Shown: piece by piece, positions 1 to 13,400 of the stretch
How the letters are laid out: the number at the start of each line of letters is the position of its first letter
Position numbering within the stretch: the stretch's first letter is position 1
Assembly: GCA_900088475.1 (NCBI GenBank)
Contig: FLMG01001623.1
Location: forward strand, 1 to 64,000
DNA: 64,000 nt
Reading direction: 5' to 3'
Source: Hyphochytrium catenoides
Lineage: Eukaryota > Protista > Hyphochytriomycota
Made by a program: the position numbers and the translations under genes
The notes under the pieces: generated by a model
What the model was told of the DNA's origin: nothing
The model's database searches: none
The model's input: only the letters and a program-made list of their open reading frames with translations

Positions 1-1
1 T

Positions 2-889
2 TCTTCTTTCCCGACACCGGCCCCTACCACTGGTGAGCCAAGCCCTACAGCTTCTACTCCATCTTCGGTTCTTTCTGAAGAAGCTCCAACTACGACGCCC
101 CCTGTGCCGATATCTACCTCTTCAACTATTCCTCCTACCTCGCCTACTGCGTCTGCTACATCTCCGCCGACTACGGCTCTTAACCCTGAGCCTTCTACTA
201 CTCCTACCCCTGGGCCTTCTACGACTACCACTTCTCCCTTGGTGTTCACTACTCCTGAACCTGTTTCTGCGACTACTGCCCCTGTCTCTCCGGCTGCTTC
301 CACCACGGCGTCTCCTCCCCCTATCCATACTGACTCTCCAACTTCTGCCCCTCCTGCCTCCTTTACCTCTGCCTCTACAGCTCCTCCTACCCCTGCACCT
401 ACGGCTGAACGCAGTACCTCGACACCTAGGGAAGTCTCTACCCCAGCTCCTACACCCACTCCGACCTCTTCAGACCCAAAACCAACGACTGAGATGTCAA
501 GCCCTCCATCAGACAGTCCCACCGTCAGTCTGGTGGCGCCTTCTCCTTCCTCCCCATCTTCAACACCGACAGAAACCGCGCCGTCCAATGCGGATACCTC
601 AGGGAGCAATCTCACTCTTCCGGATAAAGATCTCAATCCCACATCATCTACCCCTACATCTCCGCAGCAGGAAGACCAGTCCCAACAAGGAGAAAAGGTC
701 AGCGGCGAGGAGCCGGCTCCAACTACGAAGCCTGCTGAAAGAAAAGAAAGCACTGCTCAGGAGACAGCTCCTTTTAGCCCAAGTCAGTCCCCGGTCAGCT
801 CCGCAAATATCTCCTCTAGTAGGTGGTTCTCGATGACATGTCTCTTCCTGACCTCTGTCATCATTAGATTGTCCAGTGACCTCCTTTAG
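2..889 (+). CDS. Ser/Thr/Pro-rich mucin-like surface protein, 3' part (5' end outside window), possible GPI signal
   Basis: Frame open from base 2 (SSFPTPAPTTGEPSP...) to TAG at 887-889. Extreme S/T/P bias; ends in small residues plus a hydrophobic tail (SSANISSSRWFSMTCLFLTSVIIRLSSDLL). Confidence 0.75.
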   Translation, partial: SSFPTPAPTTGEPSPTASTPSSVLSEEAPTTTPPVPISTSSTIPPTSPTASATSPPTTALNPEPSTTPTPGPSTTTTSPLVFTTPEPVSATTAPVSPAASTTASPPPIHTDSPTSAPPASFTSASTAPPTPAPTAERSTSTPREVSTPAPTPTPTSSDPKPTTEMSSPPSDSPTVSLVAPSPSSPSSTPTETAPSNADTSGSNLTLPDKDLNPTSSTPTSPQQEDQSQQGEKVSGEEPAPTTKPAERKESTAQETAPFSPSQSPVSSANISSSRWFSMTCLFLTSVIIRLSSDLL

Positions 890-2094
890 GGAGTAAGTCG
901 CATAGGAGTTAGATGTCTACTTCCCTTCTGTTATTTATTGCAAGGCGTATAGCCCTGCCTGGTAGATGTATAGCAAAACGTGTAAGGCATAATAAGCTGA
1001 GTATAAAACTTCAGACCGACAAACACATTGCACCAAGCATTCCTGTTCTCCGGCTGCGATCTGGTACCGTCAGTGGCTCAACTGCTAAAGGAGGCTGGCA
1101 GTGCCTTGCTACTCAATGCGGTATGGCTTTAATAGAGTAGCCCTTCTGTGGCCAGAGTCTTCTCTCTAGCGCAGTCTCCTGAAGCCCGAGCTAAGCGTCA
1201 CCCTAGCCACTTTTAGCTGTGAGGAAGCACGGCCATGGGACTATCACCTTCTAGGCAGGACGCTACATCCTCGGGCAGGAAGGTTCCGTTCTGGTGGTCC
1301 GTCGTCTCAGAGACCGGAAGGAGGAAGACTTCTGAATCTATTGAATAGCGCCCTTCTATGATCACATTTCTGTCTTACCCATGCCTTGGCGAGAAAGACA
1401 CTTATGACAGAGTCCCAGTATTCAAAGGGGAAGGTCCAATTGGGCACTACGCCAAAATGCTTGGAAGCTAGTGCTAGTAGCGAAAGTGGCAGATCACTTG
1501 TTCCAATCTCACCATATGCCTGCCGTACAAGGATCGCTACTTCCTAGGCTAACCCTTACACTCATCAGGTGCTAGGGACTGCTCTCTTCGCAGTGTCCAC
1601 GAAGCTCCTCATGCCCCTGCTTCACCAAGATCCTCTGATGCTCAAGCTCAAGCAGGTTTGCCCTATAATAAGAACAGGTGAAGGCGGCGGCAATCGTCAT
1701 GCAAGAAAAGGCAATCTGTTTGCTTAGGGAGGCTGATTGCTGATTGCTTATTGGTGGTTATTCTGAATATAGTTTATTTACGTTGCTTTGGTTTTGAATA
1801 ATATCATTCTCAGATCTCCTCCAGGGGCGGGTGATGGATATTGTTGGCGGCTTCCACCATCCAGACAGAGATCATGATCGCGATGAGAAGAGAGCTCGAG
1901 GCTCGAGCCGATGATCATCTTCTATCCTGTTCGCTGTCCGCTTCAGTCCCGTCGGCCAAACAAGGCACAGCTCAGCTGTGACAAGTGAAGATTCGGCAAT
2001 ATCTTAGCCCTAACTTTAATCAGTACAACCGGAGATCTTCCGTGCAGCTAGACATTTGCCGCCAATCCTTGGTTGGCTGGTGAAAACCCTAGCC

Positions 2095-4721
2095 ATGTCC
2101 TCCTTCTCCTCCCAGCGGAAAAACTTGGACTTCAGTTCCTTGTATGAAGACTCCTTGCAGCTCACTACTCACATTGATAATGATGGTATCCCCATCCTGC
2201 AGAGAGGCCTGGATCAGCTCGGGGATGCATCCAAGGCCTTGGCACAGGTTAGCCGCTGTATCCGCAATCGCTTACCCTAAAGTGTTCTCATTCCTTCGTT
2301 GTATCGCGCCCGTCTTCCAAAGAGCGCTGAGTCAGACCTTCAGCATTTGGCCCGCGAGGGAGAAAAGCCAGACTTTTCCTTGAAAGCCAACTTTCTCCTA
2401 GCTGGACGAGGTTTTGACGCGGAGAAGCTTGGTCGCGAGCTTAGGGCTGTAGAACTCAAAACATCATATGAGCCTCTGCAGCCCCTCGGGGACACGGTAT
2501 GGTCTACTCTATATTATCATTGACGGCCTGCGTTTGCTCTTGCGTTTCACTCCCATATTATCCTGAATCTCCCCCACTGGAGGGTAGCCCACCAATCGTT
2601 GCCTCCTGTGTCTCTCGCATGTCCTCGGAAGCGCTTTACTTGATATTGTCTTGCCCTTGAAAACTCTTTGTTGAGTCCCTATGAGTTACCGTTCGCTTAC
2701 TCAACACCCCACAGGACATTGAAGGATACCTTCGCCATCATCACGAGATGATCATCGTGACTGCCATAGATGAGGCGAAAGCCTGCACGAGAGCGGAGTG
2801 GAAGAAGAATATGGACCAGTATAGGGAGGAAGAGTGGGAACTTGCCAAGGGCAAGATGTTAGAGTCTCTGGGACAAAGAAGAGGAAAGTGGGGCCAGTTG
2901 GTTAAGGGAATGGCTAGGAGTGAAGAGTCTGACTCGAAGAGGTTAGAGAAGTTCTTCACTCCTCCGCCAGATAGGAGAGCCAGAGATATGGCTCTCTCCT
3001 CCTCTACACCGTCTGCCCTCAGCTTTGATGGTCTGTCCTTGGTCTCAGAAGGAGGCGAAAGGGCGCCCTCCTCGCGGAGCAACCTCTCACCTGCTATGAA
3101 GCAGTATGCGATCGCTGTTCAAGCCCTAAACAGCTCCAGAAGTCCTCACATGAAGAGCGACTTGGATGTTCTCTCCTTGTTGATGAAAGTATCAGAAGAC
3201 CAGGTATCTCCGGGCACAGCTGACTCTAGAGCAAGAGAGACCCTTAAGATGTGGAAGACTCTCCGGAGCATTCTATTCGATGGCAGACCAACAGAAAGAG
3301 GAGAGAGCGGCGGAAGATATGAGCAGGTGTTTCAGGAAGAGTATGCTGCCCGATCTCCAGTCCTTCAGCAGCAGTTTATCCGGGGAGCACTCCAAGCCCT
3401 AGAGAAAGAGTATCTCATGCACATCCAGCTGAAAGTGAAAAGTAAAGGGGCAGCAGTCGGTGGCATTCCCTCTCTCTTTCCTGTCGTTAAAGCTTGGATA
3501 GGCCTCATGTTCGACCTACAGAAGCTTCCAGCTTACCTAGAGAACGGTCCTTTCTTTGACGGTGCTCCGCTCTGGCCTCAGGTCTACTACTTTTTGCGCT
3601 GTGGGCAAGCAGGAGAAGCAGCAAAGCTTGTCAAGGAATGCAGACGCGCAGGGATAGCGGGCATAGAGGACTGTATTATCTCTGCTCTAGAGCTCTTTCA
3701 CCAAGAACAGCAGTCGTCCCCTTCAGACCTAGGGTTCCAGGGCTCAGATGCTTCTCTAAGGGAGCTCTCACAGGAGCTTTCCTCTCTTTACTTCCGAATG
3801 TCCTCTAACCGAGGAGAAGGGCTACTGGACCCCTTCAAGAAGATGATTGTTAACGTTCTAGGGAGAGTCGATATCTCCCACTCCGTTCAGGAGGTGGCCT
3901 CTACCATGGAGGACTTTATGTGGGAGAAGCTTCTCTTTGTACGCTCTTCGTCTCTACCTGCCTCTCTTCCCAGGGCATCTGGAGCATCTCCGGCTCCTCT
4001 CTCTGTAGGTTCTCTTGCTGCATCTCTTCGTGGGTTTGGTCCAAGTCATTTTGATAGGAGCGGGAGAAGCCCTCTGGTCTATTTCAAAGTGCTAGTGCTG
4101 GTCCAAGAATTTGAAAGAGCTATAGAGTATCTAGCCAATGCCGGGCTGATTGTGGAGGCTGTGCATTTTGCTCTTGCGTTATACTTCTACGGCGCCCTGT
4201 CTACGGTGGAGCAAACAAAGACCGACGCCCTTGTGGAGTGGAAAGAGAGAGAGGCAATGCGAGAAGGTGACGAGAGCTACACCGCTGGTCTTCTCGTAAA
4301 CCGGCCAAGTAGCTCCCGACCTTCCCTAGACTTTGCCAAGCTTCTCCGGCAATACATCCATCTGTTTGCTCGATCAGATACTAAGGAAGCTGCAGAATAC
4401 TTGCTGGTGGTCAGAGATGAGACGACAAGGTGCCCATCCTTCCCTTGACAAGAAGCTGTTTTAATCTAAGCTTTTCTACCGTTGCGCACTTCCTGCTTCC
4501 TTTTTTAACGAAGCGTGCAACTTCCCCTCTTTCGCTTTAGCGTTCTCATGCCACGGTTTTATGTTCTCCCAGCTTGCCTTAGCAGTGTCCGCTCTCCCTG
4601 TGACGATCCTCATGTAACTCTTCCCTACCTTTACTCCGCCATGTTATCCATTCAAGTTATGCTCACTACAGCTCACAGCCATCCCTCCTTCCCCACTCAA
4701 CTCTCCCATCCGCTTCCCTGG

Positions 4722-4767
<46 letters not shown>

Positions 4768-6350
4768 NNNNNNNNNNNNNNNNNNNNNTGGTCGCCGGAC
4801 ATCGGGCTGCCTCGATGCCCGCCTCACTAAAGAAGTTATTCGGTGGATCGTGCATGAGGCCGCTCGCGAAGCTGAGGTAAACAGCTACCAGGTCTTTACA
4901 TCGGCTGTGTCTCTGCTTCCGCAATGATAGTGCTGGATCCCCTGGGGTTAACTCTTCTTTATCTGTTCTAATGCTTGGCGGCGAGTCCCTTTCCCTTTCT
5001 TTCAAGTTTGAATCTCCTTACGTGACGCTCTTTGTCTATCCAACTCTCCCTTGCACATAGTTTCAAGGTCGGGCTCAGGATGCTCTTGAACTGTATCTCT
5101 GTGGTGGTGAGATTGTCGAAGTGGTCACTATACTTAGCGCTCAGCTTAGCATGGTGCTCGCACCTCCACACCCTGCTCGAGATTTATGGAAGAATGTAGC
5201 TTTCTCTTTCACATCTACGTACCTCTCTGCCCAGTTTGCCAGAGAGCTGGTAAGCTCTTCTTCCTTATTCTTCACCCTCTCTTCGGTTCGAGTGGATCCG
5301 CCCTCCGTCTTCCTTACGATTATACCTCTCTCTGCCTCTGCTCCTCCCTATCAGACTGGTCAAAGAGCTTGTTGCCTGCAGACTTGGCTCACACATTTCT
5401 ACACCTCCTCCTGGCAGCTCAATACCCGGCCGCAAGCGGGCCACACCTTTCAGCTTCTACTCAACTTGGCAGTATTCTTCGACCAGCTGCAGACAGGGCA
5501 GGTGGAGCAGGCGGTTGAGACTCTTGACAAACTGCAGATCGTACCGGCGACCACTGACCCCGGAGATCTTGCGTCAAAGGTCAGTGCTAAGCCATTCTTG
5601 ATTCTCATTATGTTCTTGATTCTCGTTCTAAACGCTCGGGTACATCTTCAAGTCGGCGAAGAGGCAGCGAGAGAGTGTGGGGAGAGACACAGTGTGTGTG
5701 TGTGCACGCGTGTGTGTATGAGAGGGGAGGGAGGAGAGGGGCAGGGAGTGAGAAAAAGAAGAAGAGATAGAGAAACACAGCCTCCAGGTTGTATACGTGG
5801 AGCTCGTAAACTTCCTTGGCTTGATATCCAACTTCTTAATCTGAGAATTATTCTTGAACTTCTCTCTCTTGCCTGACTTCCCATGCAATGCACCTATTCA
5901 CGCTTCTTCTCAACAGGAGGAGCAGTTTGACCTGCTGGACCCACTCGTGAGGAAGAGCTTTCATAGTATCCTGTTAGGTTACATGGATTGCCTCTACCGA
6001 GTGTATCAGAACTTGAAGAGAGGGAAGGCAGCTCGTGATGACGACAGGTGAAGCAGATCACTTTTCTAGGACCTGTATCGATTTCTTCCCATCGTTGGCG
6101 TATCGGCCTTGCTGCTGCCTCTCCGCAAAGACCGTTGTTCCCTGTCGCGTCGATTTGAACCTGGAGTCATAGCTTAAGCTTCTTCACCGTTCCTTCTGCA
6201 ATATGCTGCTCACGTTGTTATATCGTGTGCAGGCTCCGTGCGGTAAAGCTCCGAGCACAAGCTTTGGTGACGTTCGCTGGGCTGCTGAAGTATCGCCTGC
6301 CTGAGGATACAAACGCTCGCCTTACACGCTTGGAGGTTATGATGATGTAA
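2095..6350 (+). CDS. NUP93: Nuclear pore complex protein Nup93/Nic96 (multi-exon)
   Basis: Spliced exons approx. 2095-2247, 2323-2496, 2715-4429, about 4789-4876 (after an N gap), 5061-5249, 5418-5579, 5916-6047, 6233-6350. Motifs: KANFLLAGRGFD, SYEPLQPLGDT|DIEGYLRHHHEMIIVTAIDEAK, PLWPQVYYFLRCG, TMEDFMWEKL, EAVHFALAL, and C-terminal RAQALVTFAGLLKYRLPEDTNARLTRLEVMMM*. Confidence 0.92.
4722..4767. repeat. (CT)n microsatellite in a Nup93 intron, adjoining the N gap at 4768-4788
   Basis: Direct reading. Confidence 0.9.
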
Positions 6351-7040
6351 CAAGGACCTATGAGGAAAAGGAAGCCACTGGAGTGAGGAAATAATTATCG
6401 ATCGGCAGGCCGAGCTCACTCAAGAGAGTGAGGGCAAGATGGTGAGCACTGCCGAGCTGGAGCAAAGGTTGTGCCCACACAGGGCTAGCGCAGGGCGGAG
6501 AAGCAGTATCCTCTATAGTCGCATCTGGGGACGTGCTATATGTTATATACAACGAGCTTGTCAGAGCAGATAAAGTGAAGAGATTTGGTCAAAGACATCT
6601 AGGCAGCTAGTACAAGGGACCTCAGGTGACACTTGTTACGTTAGACCCTCAAACGAGGGGATGATCGTCCTGTACACTCTGTCTGGTTTATATATAAACC
6701 TCTTAATCCGGACGCTTTGTTATATTGGACCCCAGTCTTCTTACCGCTCCTGGGTCCTGGGTTCCTCGCCTGTTCTAGGTCTTACGTTCTGCCTGATCTG
6801 CAAGAGATTGAACCTTGGCTAGCGGAAGAAAGAGCAGCTAAGGTAGACAACGAAGAGCCTCTTAACCTATCTTGCGACCACTTCTAAACTGCTATAGCTC
6901 TTTCTGCAACTGTTAACTGGGCCTGGCTAAGGAGTTAAAGTCGGTGCCTTAAAAGACAGGGCTCTGCCCTAGTCTTCACTGTCTTTGAGATAAGCTGGAC
7001 TCATAAGGTTCAATATAGAAAATAGAACGCTTGAAAAGCC

Positions 7041-9229
7041 TTACAGAGAGCGGGTGGTGTGGCCTCTGAGGGTGATGAGCACAAGGAGAGTCAACCCGAG
7101 ACCAATTGAGAAACCCATTCCCAGCGTCCACCATCTCTGAGGTTCGCTCCAAGGATCTGAGCGTCTCCTCTTCTTCTCACTTTCCCCATGTCTCATCTTC
7201 CGTTCCTCTGTACTATAGCTAGGGGTAGACGGTGCAGAAGGCTGAGTGAAGTTCCGCTCATGGTAAGGATTTCCAAGATAGTGGGAAGGTGCCGGTGGAA
7301 TGGGGTTTTGAGGTGGCTGATAACTCATCTCACGTGCAGGTGGCGTGGCGGGAAGAGAGTTAGGGTAAGACAGAGGGTACTGGACCTGGGAGGACTGAGG
7401 CTGCTGGGCGGAAGAAGAGCCGTACAGAGCAGCAGAAGAAGAATGTGGAGGAGGAGGAAGAGATAAGGAGTGCTGAGGCTGCAGGTCTTTCCTCTCGCTG
7501 CTCCCTCTACTCTGCTGCTGCTCTAGTTTCCGACTTCTTCCTGAACGCTTCCTTGCCACGCCCGAGGACCGTTGTTGAGATGATATCTCCGTGCCAAGCT
7601 CCGGCGAAGACGACAGAGAAGCGCTGGCCAGCATGCCGTTCTGGAGACCTGAGTGTCGCCCTCTCGGTGTCTGTGCGAGGGCTTCATCTTCTCCTTCTTC
7701 TCTGCCTTGGATACGCTCCCTCTCCTCTTCCTTAACTTGTCTTATTGGAGTTTCTGGTCTGTTGGGCTCTCTCATACTCTGCTTCTCCCGCTCTCGATTA
7801 TCCCGTGTCTCAAGCTCCGGACTAGGTCTTCTTTTTGGTCGGGCAGCTGGCTCCTTCCGTCTTGCTACTTTGCTAGAGGATTTCTTAGGCGCCTCTCCTC
7901 GGACGTCCCTCTCTGCTTCTTCATTGTTGTTATTAGGAGCTTTTCTTTCTTGCTTGTCCTTTCTTTCCCTTCTCTGTCTTCTCTGACGTCCTTCCTCATG
8001 GTCGTTAGAAAGGCCAATCTTCAGAGTTCCCACACTTGAGAGGCTTTCTTTGGACATAGAACGAGAGAGGGCCTTTCCCCCTGCTGATGTCATGGCTGAT
8101 GAAGAAGAGGAGGACGATAAGGAAAGAGATCCTAGCTCTCTCTTGCCCACGGCACCGTGCTCTGGGCTTATGAAACGGAGCTTTAGCGGCCGTTCAGTAG
8201 AGGCTCTGAGCCTCTCCACGCAGTCCTGGAAAGCGATTCTTTCCAGAGAAAGGTCCTTGATATGCGTCACCCGCAGTCCTTTCCTTAGTAAGAACTGCTC
8301 CTGATCGGGCCGGAGGAGGCTATTATAGACTTCACAGGCACCTTGACTGCCATTGCCGTCCTAGAACGAGGAGAAGGCCAGACATTAGCGAGTCTGCTAT
8401 TAAGAACAGACAAGGGCTCATGGAGAGCTCGAATGGAGCCAGTCTCGATATAGGAGGTGTGGAAGGGGAATAGAGAGCTATAAAGAGATAGACAGAAAAA
8501 GGTGGGAGGAGAAAGAGAGAGAGACAGACCCTGGCTGAAAAGTTAGATTTGTCTGGTGTGAGCGAACAAGAGGCAAAGAATGCGGGGGACGGGGTTGAGA
8601 TGGAAGAGAGCGAGCGAGAAACAGACATAGAGAGAGAAAGTGTGTGTGAGAGAGAAGGAAGATAGAGGAAGAAAGAGAGAGACTTTGACTCCGCTCTACC
8701 TTCAGGATCTGGTGTACCTCCATGGCGTAGTATCCATTTCCCGTGTCTGGCTCCTTAGCCTGGATGAAGCTCATGCCAAGTTTCTGAGTGGGGAAGCTGA
8801 CCTTGAAGGCCACTCGCCAGGGAGAGACTGGACGACAGGGCGAAGATGAGGAGAGAGACCAGAACGTTGGGTAAGACATGAAGAGGTCGAGCGGATTAAG
8901 CCAAGAGATAGCAAGATAAGGGGGAGGCAGACCGAGGGAGGGAAGACCAAGGCAAACACGTGCCGGTGTGCGTGAGAGAGAGAGGAAGAGACAGAGAGGG
9001 GTGGAAAGAGACAGAGAGACAAACTCCATCGCCAAGAAAGGGGTGAGAGAGAGTATATGACGAAACAGAATGGGAAGAGCTAGAGAAAGACAGAGATGAC
9101 GGTGCAATGGTTACATTCTTCTCCTGGTCCCTGGTAGCTTGGGTCGTCAATGCCCCGCTGTTTCGGGTCAGCAAGCTGAAGAGACGTCAGATCTACAGCG
9201 CTCGCACTGCTGGCAAGAATCTGCGCCAT
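7041..9229 (-). CDS. PDZ-like domain protein with long disordered region and a single C-terminal transmembrane helix
   Basis: Exons 9229-9115, 8827-8700 and 8360-7041 join in frame: FKVSFPTQKLGMSFIQ...MEVHQILK|DGNGSQGACEVYN...LRKGLRVTHIKDLSLERIAFQDCVERLRASTERPLKLRF (PDZ pattern, KLGM loop). C-terminus WWTLGMGFSIGLGLTLLVLITLRGHTTRSL*. Confidence 0.7.
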
Positions 9230-9585
9230 AGTGAGGGCTCCCGCTGGGTAAATACAGCGCACACTTAGGGTTCTTCTGGCACTTTTCTTCTGCTCGTCGC
9301 CGGTTCTGCGCCTTTTACTTCTTCACAGTCCATCTACTCAATGAAGATTCTTCGCACCTTTGGGCCAAGCTGTGCGACAGAGCTTCAGAACTCAATGGCT
9401 AAGAATGTCATCTGCACTGAGCATCTTAGAGCCTGGCGCCTGCCTTCCGATCCCTCCTCTCAAGAGTTAGACTGGTTCCGGCGAAGAGCTCATACTTTAA
9501 GAGGTTGGGCTCCTTAACTGTTCCCTCTCGAGTCCTCAGGAGCTTTTTAGCCCTCCTCCTCTGCCTTAATGGTGGCTTCATCCTT

Positions 9586-9587
9586 CT

Positions 9588-9666
<79 letters not shown>

Positions 9667-9740
9667 CTGTCTCTCTCTCTCTGTCTCTCTCTCACTCTCT
9701 CTCTCTTTCTCTCTCCCACTCACTCTCTTTCTCTCTCTCT
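9586..9740. repeat. Compound (CT)n/(ATCT)n microsatellite
   Basis: CT run followed by about 13 ATCT units and degenerate CT. Confidence 0.9.
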
Positions 9741-10040
9741 GTCTACCATTGTCTAGCTCCTCTTCCCCTCTCCTCCTGGAATCTCTTCCTCTCTCTCTCC
9801 TCTCTCTCTGTCTTGCGCTGTCTCCGTCTCTCTTCATCTCTTGCTCTCTTCTTTGGCCTTTCCCTCTCTTGGTATCTCCCCTGCCCTTTCCTCACATAGA
9901 TCAGAAGCCACTCCTGGACACTTCAAGGTGGGTAGGATCACCGTGTCCTAGTAGTTCGCCTACAATGAGGGATGGGTGGGGCACGGATATCCGTTACGAA
10001 CCTGACAGCCCGGGACCCTTATGACCGTGGATGATGATGA

Positions 10041-10074
<34 letters not shown>

Positions 10075-10411
10075 TTGTCTTCTCCTCAATCTTTATCTCT
10101 CTTTCCTTTCATTTATTTCTCTCTCTTTCCCTTTCTTTCTCTCTCTCTCTCTCCGGGATAACTCTCTTCGTAGGAAGTCAGTTTTTTAAAAAGCTCTTTT
10201 CTCTCTCTTCCTCGACGGACCCTTCTCACGACACCTTTCATCCAGTAGCCAGCCCTCTCACAAAATGTTCATCGTCCTCTTTCAAATGACTCTCTTTCTT
10301 CTTCTGAGGTTACTCTTTTCCCTTGTTAAGAGCGGACTGCTTGATCTTAATGGAGATACGACGTGTAGGTCAGACGCAGAAGGAAGATATGAACTGGCAT
10401 CTAGTCGGGAC

Positions 10412-13400
10412 TTAGAGTTCTTCCTTCTCGTCCTTCGCTTTCTTCTTCTTCTTTCTTCTCTTCTTTCTACCACTCTTCTTTTCCTTCTCTTTGTTGGCTG
10501 CTTCTTCCTCTTTCTTCTTTGCTCTCTCTTTCTTGCGCTGCTCCTCTTCTAACTTGAGCTGCTTCTCCAGTTCTTCCTTGGCTTTCCGCTCTTCGGCAAG
10601 AATCTCTGCCATGACATCGTCGATATCTTCTTCTGGCTGCGTATCGACTGCTCCTCCGTCTCCTCCCAATCCAACTGGCTCTTCCTCACACTTTTTGTCT
10701 TCGAGCATCGGCTCAGCGCTCAACGGGGAGATGGCAATCCTTCCCTGAAGCACTCCGCGAAGGAATGTTCGCAGTCTGTCAACACTCATGATACCGACAT
10801 AGACAGCGTACCTACGGCCATAGAGTTATAAAGATTAGAAAAGGTTGCACTGGCCAGAAACCACAGAGTAGAGGAAGTAAACTTGGCAAACCAAAGATAG
10901 ACAACTCAGCAAATGGGTTAGTCAAGGGCAGGACCAATCTCTGCAAGCTAGTTTCTAGCGAGCAACGTCATCACCGACAGAGACAAAAGAACATGGTCAC
11001 AGGGCTGAGGTACTAGCAAAAGGGTCTAGCATAGAGACATTTGGAGTCTTACTTTCGCTTCTTGGGAGAGAGCACGACGACGGTGGGAATATTGTCATAC
11101 TGGATATTGAAGGTAGAGACGAAGGAAGATTGACACCTCCCATCGACCCACACGAACTTGAAAGGCTCTCCTTGCTTACGGCTCTCTTGCGCGACCTACG
11201 AAGCACGCAAGGAACAATAGGTGAGTGCTAAGGAGAGGTTGACAAAGGACAGCAATACTCCATACGAGAGTTGACTATAACAAGCGGTAGCGCTGGAGGT
11301 TACATATTGCTGTCAGCATCTCTTACCTTGGTAATTAGATCCAGCTCCTTCGCTGCCACCTCCTCCTGGAAACCGAGTAGTGGCGTAAAAGATTGAAGAA
11401 GCAGCGTTCCAATAGGTATTGGTATGACATGCACGGAAAGGGGATATGCAGAGGGGTGATGACGGCAACATGTCGTCAGCAACAACTAAGGTTTAAGGTC
11501 GACCAAGGTCGACATAGAAGAGAGGTGAAAATCGTACCCCTAAACTGGCGCCATTCAAGACACCAATGACGCAGAGAGCCTGGTCGGCACATTCCTTCTC
11601 ATAGTTGTCAAACGTGAGCTCAGAGATGGAGTCCAGCGGCTCGTCGGTTGCAAAGCTGGTCTCACTTTCCTCAGGAGGAGCAAACAGCTGTTTGTGCAAC
11701 TAGGAGCAGCAGCATGGGCATGTCAGGGGTTTATATAGTAGATGGACGTCGGCCGGGGAGTAGGTAAAGGAGACGCTGAGCCCAAAGAGTGCATATAAGG
11801 TTGCACCAAAGTAAGACGGCACAAGTAAGCCGTAAGCCGACTGGGATAACAGTGATGGCAAGATGATATGTGCGAGTGTAAGCAAGAACTTACCGTAGTA
11901 ATTGCGGAGCCAAGTGCCTGAAAAGAGTAAGCTCCATTCGGCCCCTTTTCAAGGCGGAGGGCCTGCATCCCGACCTTGTCTTCTCCATCCGTCCGTTGAG
12001 TTGGAATCATGGCCAGTATTGCTGGCAGCTTAGCTATACCAAACTGGGCCTTGGTTGTCTGTAGACGAGAGAGATTAAATTCATGACGAGGACTTTATAA
12101 TGTTGAACCAGCAGAAAAGCAGTGATTCTGTTCGCAAGGGATAATCTACCCTATAAATTAAACAAAGTACAAACAGGAAGAGAACTGTTGTGTGAGGATA
12201 AAAAATGCGCAGGTCTCCGGACTAACGCGCGTAAGACATACAGCCAAGCCGCATACGCTACCTCATCTGGATTTGGCACGAGTATGATAGTAGACTCATT
12301 CTGGTAGGCCAAGGCAACGGACTTCAGCAGAGCCGAGGGCTCAGATTGCTTTGACAGGCAAACGATAGGTAGTTTTTTCTCAGTCTGGAGAAACAGCCAT
12401 CAGGGTTGCAGGACGACAGAGGTAAGAGTACTGTGGGTGCTTGCTGCCGATAACCGGGACGAAACTTACGACAGAAGCTCCCACAGCTAGTTGAAGTTGC
12501 TCAGTTCCGGAGGCGAGGGACACATAGTCGGGTATCGACTCGCCAGCTTCCTTTTTTGCCTGCTCCAGAGAAGAAACCTTCTTGCCAAGCTGCAAAATGG
12601 AGAGATCAGCTTCCGATGTAATGAGAAAGGTAACATGGAGGGAAGAGGTACTTCAAGGGTGAAAAGGCATGACGTCACCCAGCAGCCGAGAGCGGAGTCT
12701 ACATACAATCAAGCACTGGTTAAGAAATATATGAGAACACACTCCAGGGTTTCTGGAAGTGTTATGACAACGAGTCTAGAGCAAGATTGAAGCGCCGCAC
12801 CTTTTCATCCTTAGCACCGCTTCTAGAATACGGATACACCAGTATACCTGGTCCTTTCTTCTTCTGACAGAGGTCAACGAACCTTTCACAGTTGACAGCT
12901 CCAACCTTGATGAGACCTATCGTACATTCTTGTCAGAACAGTGCATTTGGTCTTTATCGTGCTTTCTATCTTTCATCCTGCTTCAGTTTGCTTTGCCTAT
13001 ATCATGACATATTGCCATGTCTGTTTACTTTATTTGTATCTGCATTCCCTAGGGACGCCCCAAGGTGAGCCTGTTACTCCGGCCTAAGCCGCTTACCTGC
13101 GTTAGCGACGCTCTGGGCAAAGCGGCTCCACGACGATGAAGCGAGGTCAATGGTAGCATCACCCCCATTGAAGACGACGATCCAGCTTTCTTTGCTTTTT
13201 AGTACCTACGAATGTGAACGGAGTTTAGCAGAGTCTAAATAAACTCTCTGGCATCCTGTCGTATGAGCTAGGTCGACAGATATACCTGGGCCTTGTAGCT
13301 CTCTTCTGTGAGCTCTTCATGGTGTTTGGGAGCTGCAATCGTTTCTTGCTTGCGGAACTGACATTTGTCACAATGGCCGTTAGGGGAATAGTTGGGTATC

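Noticed and set aside
33-836. 267-aa Leu/Arg-rich ORF
   Set aside because: Shadow frame of the S/T/P-rich gene, produced by its CCT/ACT/TCT codon bias.
9505-10024. Leu/Ser-rich pseudo-transmembrane ORFs
   Set aside because: Translations of CT/ATCT microsatellites.
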